Shown here piece by piece: positions 19,690-29,500 of a stretch of 41,387 nucleotides of DNA. The DNA comes from Arcobacteraceae bacterium. GTDB taxonomy: Bacteria > Campylobacterota > Campylobacteria > Campylobacterales > Arcobacteraceae. Numbering within the stretch: the first letter of the stretch is position 1; every line of letters starts with the position of its first letter. The notes below the pieces were generated by a model. It was not told the origin of the DNA and searched no databases. It was given only the letters and a program-made list of their open reading frames with translations. Position numbers and translations under genes: made by a program. Location: NCBI GenBank assembly GCA_048268245.1, contig JBLWVX010000021.1:1-41387 (forward strand). Reading direction: 5' to 3'.

Positions 19690-19882
19690 TTCTTCGTGCC
19701 TTCGTTAATGTTAAAGTACTATCAATTCTTAGAAACATATCTTGATTATTACGTATTAATTCGTCATTATCATTTTTAAGAATTTCTAACTCTTGTTTTA
19801 AAGACTGGTTCTCTAATTTCAGTCTTTCATAATCATGTAAAATTTTATCAAGCTTAGTATTTAATGTCTCTATTATTTCCAT
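19682..19882 (-). CDS. Small coiled-coil protein, ZapB-like (inferred)
   Basis: Continuous heptad pattern (LNTKLDKIL...LKLENQSLKQELEILK...L...RIDSTL). Confidence 0.5.
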   Translation of the reverse strand: MEIIETLNTKLDKILHDYERLKLENQSLKQELEILKNDNDELIRNNQDMFLRIDSTLTLTKARRSE

Positions 19883-19888
19883 AATGAG

Positions 19889-19897
19889 ATTTTATCA
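19889..19897 (-). promoter_or_regulatory. Extended -10 (TGaTAAAAT) 6 nt before the ATG at 19882; probable leaderless start
   Basis: Minus strand reads TGATAAAAT-CTCATT-ATG; no SD. Confidence 0.55.
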
Positions 19898-19932
19898 AAA
19901 GTTTCCTACTAAGAAAGTTTAAAGAATTATAG

Positions 19933-20346
19933 TTATGCTTCTTTTTTATCATTTATAAATATTTTTGCTACTTGATATAACATGGCTACTGATTTACCCC
20001 ATTGGGAAAAATCGTCAGCATCTTCTAAAGAAATATCAAATTTACTACAAATATTTTTTATTAACTCTTTTTCATTTATATCAAAGTTATTATCAATATG
20101 AATTAATATCATAAGTTCTAAAAGTACTATTTTTTGGCTTTTCTTTGATTTGAAATCATTTAAAATAGTTTCTAAACAAAAACTATTTTCATCAAACATG
20201 TCGATATTATCAATACCCATTTCAGAACAATATTCTAAAATTATCTCTTCTTCTTTTTCACCAAAACTTTTATCAATTCTTGCCAAATAATGAGCAAGTT
20301 GTAAAAATGAAAATTTCTCTTTTGTTTCTAATTGCATTAATAGCAT
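19933..20346 (-). CDS. TerB-like protein
   Basis: Two repeats of the (A/I)xxD..F...E..(I/L) pattern (LARIDKSFGEKEEEII; LIHIDNNFDINEKELI). Confidence 0.75.
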   Translation of the reverse strand: MLLMQLETKEKFSFLQLAHYLARIDKSFGEKEEEIILEYCSEMGIDNIDMFDENSFCLETILNDFKSKKSQKIVLLELMILIHIDNNFDINEKELIKNICSKFDISLEDADDFSQWGKSVAMLYQVAKIFINDKKEA

Positions 20347-20570
20347 ACGAATACCTATTTTTAAATATATTAATCTAATTAATTGTATTAATTAAAAGTT
20401 AATAGTTTATAAATGATTTCCTATATATCCCTTAAAGACAATTTTTTATAAGCTTTTAATTTTAAATTTTTATATATTTTATCCATAAAATTGTATTTTA
20501 ATAATTTTTGAAATGATTTTGCAATGGCTTTTATGTAATATTTGTGTAATGTACGCATAAAGGAGACAAA

Positions 20571-23500
20571 ATGACACTTGCAAAGTTAAAATTGCTATTA
20601 CTTCCAATAATAGCTGTTTTTATATTGAGTGCTTGTGGTGGTGGAGAGACAACCTCTAGTGGTGAACAAACTACAACACAAGAAACAAACTTTAGTGAAA
20701 TTAAAAATGTTGAATCAGTTGAAAAACTATCTACATCTTTAAAAGCACTAAATATAAATACAACACAAGAACTAGCTTCTGAACTAGAAAAGAATGACCC
20801 TCTTGAAGTATTTATAAAACTAAAAGAACAAGATGACTCTTTAAAATCTGAAGACATGTTAAATATGATGAAAGATTTAGAAAAAGAGATTGTTTTAAAA
20901 CCTTTACTTGATGATAAAAAGATATCAGATAAAGCTTTTAAAAGTTTAGAAACTATTAATAAAAGTGTTACGGAACTAAAAGAGACTACTTTAAGACAAA
21001 TTAATACTTTTGATAAAAATGAAGTAATCCCAGAAGAAGTAAATGAAGAGTATATTAAACAACAATTAATAGCTTATAACAATGAAATAGGTGCTTATGG
21101 TGAAGAGCCACTTACTTTAGAAGAGTTTAAATCTTTAAGAAATGCAGTTGATAAAATAGAACCTGTATTTAGTATGATTAGAACTTCTTTGCAAAATGTT
21201 GAAGCACAAACAACTACAACTAAAAAAGCTAGATATTTTTCTAAAGCTGTTATAGATAATTCTAAAAGAAAAATATTAAATGAAGTAGATGAAAATATTG
21301 GTGCTATAAAAAAAGCCCCAACTGCATATTTAAACTACAAACCAAATATCTATCAATCTTGTAAAGTCACTAAACAGACTTATCCTTTACAACTTATGGG
21401 TAAAAAAGAAAAAATATCTGAAGAGACTTTTGAAATCATTGCTTATGAAGATATAGAAATGAACCCCTCTTTTTTAAAAGATGTTGATGATAAAAGATCT
21501 TTTCAATTAAATAAAAAAGGTTTAGCGCAGATTGAAGTTAGAAATAAAAGTAATGAAGTTTATACTTTTGAAATAGACCACTACGATAATACAATAGTTT
21601 CAGTAGAGATTCCTGCATTACAGAGTAAAAAGATTTATCTACCAATTTTTCAAGAAGATGTATGTGTTCCTTATTTAGTAGATAAAGACGATGAAAATAT
21701 TGAGCTTTTTGTAAATGATATAAAAGAATCTAAAAAGATGCAAAGAGTTGTAAATGAACAAAACGGCTCTTATAATTTTGAAGTAACTCATACAACAAAT
21801 GATAACTTAGATTACTTTCCTGAAGCGAAATTATACGAATTTAGTTTATCGAAAAGAGATGATTTAAACTCTTTTGTATCACAAATAGACATAATTAATG
21901 CAAATGAAGTAGCGAGAGAAATAGTTTTACTAAAGTCACCTTCTGGTAAATTCTACCAATCTATCAATACTATGCAATCAGTACCAAGAGAAACAGGAAA
22001 ATGGCAACTATTAGTATTTGCTTCACACACTTTAATTGCTGATGAATTTTCATTTATAAATGAAGATAAAAGAATATCACATATACCTGTAGTAAATAAA
22101 TTTAATGACAATACTCAAAACAACTCTTATAAATTATCTATTCACACAGGTGAGCGATCACAAAGAAAGAAATTTATTGTTGCTGAGATGAAGAATGCAG
22201 AGTTTTCAAAAGATGGAGAGGATGATGGTAATCCAGGAGAAGTATCACTTTCACTTCATACAAATATGGCACCAAAACTAGAATTAGGAGCAGATATTAA
22301 TGCTCAGTTTGGAGATAAAAAGTCATATAAAGCTTATGAGTGTTGGGTTGATAATACAAAAGATGCTAAAGCTTTTAATGAAAACCAAGCTTGTAGTGAT
22401 CAAAAAGAGAGCTTAGAACAATTACTTTATGAGTTCTTCACAAAAGAGTTTCAATCTAATAACTTTGATAATATACAAATAAAAGCACTACTTTCTGCAA
22501 ATTATAATAACTTAAACCTAAGACAAAATATTCTTTTTTGGTATGATAGAGAGTTTAAAAATAGGCTAAATGATTATAACTTTAATTTACTATTTAATAC
22601 TTACAAAAATATTTATGATAACTGGCAAAATAATGTTGTGCAAATCAATGATATGCAATATCCATTTGGAGCAAATTATCAAATAAAAGACTCTTTTGTA
22701 TCAACTAAAAACAATAACCAAGGTGCTTTAATCAGAGTAGTTGATGACTATATGAATCCTATAATTCCAACTAATATTCCAATTCTTGCCTTATCAAAAG
22801 ATAGAATGGCTAAATCAACTCTTCCTATAGCTTTCCAATATTCAGCTTTAGAAGATGATGAAGTAAGTAAAGGTTTACAAATTTGGGCAGTTACAAAATA
22901 TGTACTAAATCAAGCACTAGCAGTTGCAACAGGAAATTTTGCTGGACTTGTTTGTAATACTGTAAATACAATGAAAGAGTTAAGAAAAATTGAGAGAGAT
23001 GGAGATGATGATCCAATTGGTGAAGCTGATTTCTTTTTAAATAGATACTCAACTGCAGACCAATTCTATGGTTTACAAAACAGTAATCTTGACTTCTCAA
23101 TTTCAGGGAATGCAACAATTCCAAACAACTATACATCTTTTGATAAAGGTTTAGATAAAGCATCTATTGGATGTAGTATATATGGTGCTGTTACAACTGG
23201 TGTAAGTTTATATAATTCAGTTGATAACTTAATCAATGGTGATGCAAACTTTTTAAATGCTTTAAATGAACAAAAAGACAATCTTATTGCTCAACATGGA
23301 GCAAATAGTGAACAAGTGGTTAACTTCACAAATGCTATGAATGATATTATAAATCAAAGAGCAAATGCTGAAACATTTAATGATTTATATAAAATCTTAA
23401 ACATGACCTCAACATACTCAAATGGTGTAGATATATATGACAGAATTGAAGAGATTAAAGACAAAATTGGAGGTCTTGGTTCACAAGGTCATAATACAAT

Positions 23501-26500
23501 GAGATCTGAAGCAAACTATTACTTCTCAAGCTTTGATCAAAGAAAAACAAGAAGTAATATTACAGTAAAAGAAGTTGATGGATTACCAGTATTAAAAACT
23601 AAAGTTACATTAACTAAAGTACATATTTATAATAATAAAGAAGATGGAAACGCTGAAGTTCAACTAAAAACTAGAGTTGGTGTTATTTCTGATTCTAATC
23701 CAACATATAGTGATGAGCTATCTTCAACTGCACCATATAAACTTAATGGAGAATTAGTTATGGATAATGGTTCAAAAGGGTATAAAACATTACCTAACTT
23801 ACCATTTAAAGGTTATATATTAAGATCAAAATATTTTAAAAAAGTAAAAGATAACCAACTACTAAATCTAGGTACTGGTCTTAACATGTATGAAGCAACT
23901 TATCCTGCTGAAAATAAAAGTGCAGCCTTTTATATAGAGATTGGTTTACATGAAAATGATGGTGATACTGTTGATGATGATATGATTGGTGTATTTTCAA
24001 AAACTTTTTACTTAGAAGACTTATATAATTATAATGCAAACTTCAAATGGTCTCATAGTGGTAATACTCATACTCTTAGTGTAAGTGATTTCCCTATTTA
24101 TGATGCTAATAATCTACAAACTTCAGTGGAGCTTATTGACCAAGAAAGAAGAACTAAACAGTTAGAACATAATGAACATGTTCTAAGTTATCCAAGTGCT
24201 ACAATTTCATTTACAGTAGAGATTGAAGAAGGTGATTATTCAGATAATATTCCAACTGAAATTTCTGATGATTTAATACCTATTGAAGAAGGTTCATTTG
24301 AAGATTATGAAAAAGACAATATTAACTTACAAGAAGTTTCATCTTTAATAACTTCACAAAATAGTAAATCAAAAGTTTTTGACATATTTAAAAATAATCT
24401 TTTAGTTCATGATGGTGACTCTACGCTAAAGATTGTATCTTATAATGAGCATAAAAAACTTCAACTAGAAAAAACTATTAACTCAAATGAACTTAATGGT
24501 GACTATAAGTATTTATTAAAAGATAGAAAACTTCCATACATGAATACACTTAGAAATATAAACTTTATTGATGAGAATCATATTCTTGTATTCTATAGTC
24601 AAATAGATGCCACAGCTAGTACAACTATGGCAGTTATTGATTTAAGAACTAATACTATAGTAAATAACCAAAGTATTGCAGCAAATACAAATCACCTTAC
24701 AGTACAAAGAATAAATGAACATTTATTAAGAGTTTTCTCAATTATTCCAAGTTCAACAGCCAATTCTGGTATTATAGAGACATATGAAGTTAATGCAAAT
24801 TCAATTCAGAAACTTGCAACTAAAAACATTAATTCTATCCCTTATGAATTACTTGTATTAGACAATGATAATCTACTACTAAAATCTTATAATATAGTTA
24901 AGAAAAGTGCAGATACATGGGCTCATAAAAAAAGATTCTATACATTCTATAAACTTGAAGATAATCAGCTAATAGAGACACAACTATATCAAGATAATTT
25001 AAATATTTCTGATACAAATATGAGTATTGACTATATACAATCTTCTGATAAAAGAGCTATGTATAATATAAACCATAGTAACTTTAATAGAATCATATCA
25101 CATGAGAAATGGTCTAATAAAAACTATTTCAAAAAACTTATCTATAACTATGAGAGTAAACAGTATAGATTTACTCAAGAACAGCCATATAGTACATATA
25201 TGCAAGACTATCTTATTCAAAATGAAAAATATGGGTTTACAGTTAAGAAAAATTTAGAACCTTATGATAGTAAAGCTACTAGATTAAGATTTAATGCAAA
25301 AGCAACAGAAATAACTTCATCATTTGATTCAATTAATAAACTTACTTTTTTAGATGAAAGGTATTTATTAATAGAGGGTAGCAGAAATAATGGAAACAAT
25401 GGTATAAAAATTCTTGATACTCAATATGCTCTACCAATATTAGACTTTGATAAAAAAGGATTACAAGAAGTTAAAAAGAATACTCATTTAAATCTAAGAA
25501 GTGTTCTTACAAATAATCCAAATGATGAAACACTAAGTTATAAATGGTATTACAAAAAAAGTAATGAGTATGAGAAACAAGAAGCTGGAAATGAAGATAC
25601 TTTCTCTCATTCATTTAGTATAAATGGTGATTATATTGTATTCTTAGAAGCAACTACACTTGCAGGAGAGGTTCTAAAAAAACAAATAGAAGTAAAAGTT
25701 ATTTCAACCCCTGATATAAATACTCTTCCAGAAGTTACACTAACTCCTTTAAGTAAAGAAATTAATTTAGGTCAAGGAGTATCATTTACAGCAACTGCTA
25801 CAGATGAAGATGATGATATTTTAAAATATGAATGGTCTGTTCAAAAAGATAATGGTACTCCTGTAGTATCAATAGGAAGTAACACATTCTATAAACAATT
25901 CTCTCAAACAGGAGATTATAAAGTTACATTAAAAGTAATTGATACACAAGGTGCTTATACAGCTAAGACTGCAAATATACTTGTTACAAAAGCATCTTCT
26001 GTTGATTATACTTTAACTGAAAGAAATGCTACAGTTAAAAATAAAGAAGTAGTTCATATTAATGTTGGTTATTCAGGGAATGCTATAAATATCTATGAAC
26101 AGCCTAAACATGGTGAAATTGAACTTTATTCAATTGGTGGAGAAGAAGGAGCCTTTAAATATACAAGTACAGATTGTTTTGAAGGAGAAGATACTTTCTC
26201 TTATGCTTATAACAATGAATATGGACTTGTAAAAGTAGATGTACAAAGTTATATAGAAGATTTCACTGTTAAAAATATAAATAAAAAGGTTTATGCAAAT
26301 GAATCTATTAGTGGGGAGATTGATACTACTAGTAATGTAAGAATTATAAGACAAGCTCAAAATGGTGTAGCTACAGTTACAAATAGACCTAGACAAAATG
26401 CACTATTTGAATATACTCCAAATAAAAAATTTGAAGGTAATGACTATATTGTATTTGCTGTAACAAAAACTCATGGTACTTGTTCTAAAGAAGTTACTGC

Positions 26501-29500
26501 AAGAATAAACTTTGAAGTAAAAGAAAACTCTGCACCTAGTGTAAACCTTACACCAGCTGATAAAACAATCAGTCTATTCCAATCTATTACATTTAATGTA
26601 GTTGCAAGTGATATGGAAGATGAAGAGAGTTTACTAAGGTACAAATGGTCTATAAATAAAAATAATGAAGGTGCACAAGCACTTAAAAATCTTTCTTCGA
26701 CATACACTAAAAAGTTTAATGAAGAAGGAATATATGACATTTCTGTTGAAGTAACTGATACTAAAAATGAGACTACTAAAAAAACTACAAGAATAACTGT
26801 AGAAAAATCTCCTGTATCATATACTCTAATAGAAAGAGTTGCCAATATTAAAAATAAAGAAGAGACTCATATTATAGTTGGTTATCACGGTGATGATATA
26901 AATATCTATGAACAACCAAAACATGGACAAATCGAGCTTTATTCAATTGGTGGAGAAGAAGGTGCATTTAAATATACAAGTACTGATTGTTTTGAAGGTC
27001 AAGATACTTTCTCTTATGAATTTAACAATGAATATGGTTTAGTAAAAGTAAATATTCAAAGCCCTATTAATGATTTTACATTAGAAAATATACAAAGGGA
27101 GATAGTAAACACTACTACTTTACAAGAAGAAGTAAATACTTTAGGAGATATTAGTTTATCTACAAATGCTCAAAATGGAAAAGTTGATCTAATAAATATA
27201 AGTGGAAGGAAACCTGTGTTTATTTATACTCCAAGCTCAAACTTCATAGGTGATGACTACTTTGAATATACTATTACAAAAGAACAAGATGGTTGTTCAA
27301 AACAAGTAAGTGCTAGAGTTGATATAACTGTAACTGGTATTCCTCAAAAGAAAACAAAACTAATTGCTATGTGTCAAGACCCATATAATATTGGTAAAGA
27401 GTTATATAAAACTGATGGTACAAAAGATGGGACAAGTTTAGTGAAAAATATAAATTGGAGTAAAAACAACTCTAATATTTATATCCCAGAGAATACAAAA
27501 CTTGGTGATACTCAATACTTTGTAGAAAGAAATAGTGGATATAAAGCTGAACCTTGGTCAACACAAGGAAGTGATGCTGATACTCAAGTACATGAAATAA
27601 ATACAAATAATTCATTTAACGCTGCAAATTTATATGGTAACTCAAACCCATCAAACTTTGTAAAGTTTGATAATCATATATTCTTTACAGCTTCAAACAA
27701 TGGATTTGCTGATTATGGACTTTATATTATTGATGAAAATAAAAACTTTACTAGGATTGCTAATACTGTTGGTTTTAGGTATAAAGTACTAAACAATAAA
27801 CTAAACTTTATGTATGAAAATGGAAATAATATTCAAATCCAAAAAGTTAATTCTTCTTTAGATGGAATTGAAACTATTCATACATTTACAAACCATGATA
27901 CTGGTTCATTAGCTGATTATAGTAATACTTTTACAAATATTGATGATAAACTAATATTCTCTTTAAGAGATGAGAATCCATCATCACCGCTTACTGGGCT
28001 TTCATTATACTCATTAGTTGAAGGAAATGAGCCAATTAGATTAAGTACAATTTATCAAGTAAATAATTATGCTCAAGATTTAGTAAAAGCAAATAATAAA
28101 GTTTATGTTATTTCAGATAAAACTGGTGATAACTCAACACAAGCAAGAGAAATATTAGAAACAGATGGAACTAAAGATGGAACTAGATCTATTTTAACAA
28201 TGAGTGATAAATTTAGAATCAATAACCTTGTTTCTGCAAATAACAAGCTTTATTTCAGAGCAGTTGAAAATGTTGAAGCTAGTTCATATGATAAACATCA
28301 CTTATATGAATATGATTTAGAAAATAGCTTACTTAATGTAATTTATAGTTTTCAGACTATAGGAGCACAAGATAGTATTAGTGAAATAACAACTTTTGAA
28401 AATAAAATTTTATTTACAAAAAGAGTTACAATTGATGGAAAACTTGAAGAAAAACAGTTTGTTAGTGATGGTACATCAGCTAATACAATTATGTATTTAG
28501 ACAATAAAAACCAAGAAGATTTAAAAGCTCCATATATTTTAAACAATAAGTATTTCTTTGAGAATACAATGGGAGAACTTTACGAAACAGACTTTACATT
28601 AGAAGGTACAGAAAAAGTAATTCCTAATACTTGTGATATTTATCCTGATTCATTTAGCTTTATAGATGTAAATAGTTCAGAACTTGATACACTACATGAA
28701 GATTCTATAACTGTAGAAGGTATCAACTACCCTGAAACAAAAGTATCAATCTCAGGTAATGGTGAATATTCACTAGATAACAAACTTTCATGGACAAGTG
28801 AAGAATCGACAGTAGGTAATGGTCAAGAGATATGGGTTAGATTAAGAAGTTCAAACAGCTATAATACAACTGTAAGTACAACTTTAAATGTTGGAGAAAG
28901 AAGTGATACTTTCTCTATAAAAACAAAAACTGAAGCTTTAGATATACCTGATAAATTTACATTTACAGATGTATCTGATGTTGAATTAAACAGTGTTCAA
29001 ACTGCTAGTGTTACAATTACAGGAATTAATGTTCCTGTAAATCTAACAATAAATGATGGTGATTCACAATACTCACTTGATAATGGAATAACTTGGAGTA
29101 ATAGTAATACTACCGTTGAAAACAACCAAACCATACTTGTAAAACACACTAGTGCTTCAAGCTATAAAGGCTCAGCAACTACAACTTTAAAGGTTGGGGG
29201 AGTAAGTGATATTTTTGATTCAACAACAAAAGCAGAAGTACAAAATATAGAAAATGTTGTAACAAAAGGAAATTTAATGTGGGAAGATACATCTCATGTT
29301 AAAACAGAAATCCCAACTTGGTTTATGGCAAATGCATATTGTCAAGACCTTGAATTAGGTGGCTTTACAGATTGGAAAATTCCAAGTCTAGAAGAAGGTA
29401 ATACAATCCAAGTTGCAGGACTAACAATTAATTATGAACCATATACTCAAGAAAATCAATATGATGAACCATATCCAGATAGTATAACTATAGCTGATGA

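Noticed and set aside
26085..27050. Direct repeats as a CRISPR array or mobile-element ends
   Set aside because: There are only two copies, they are in frame within a CDS, and they differ mainly at synonymous sites, so they are protein domain repeats.
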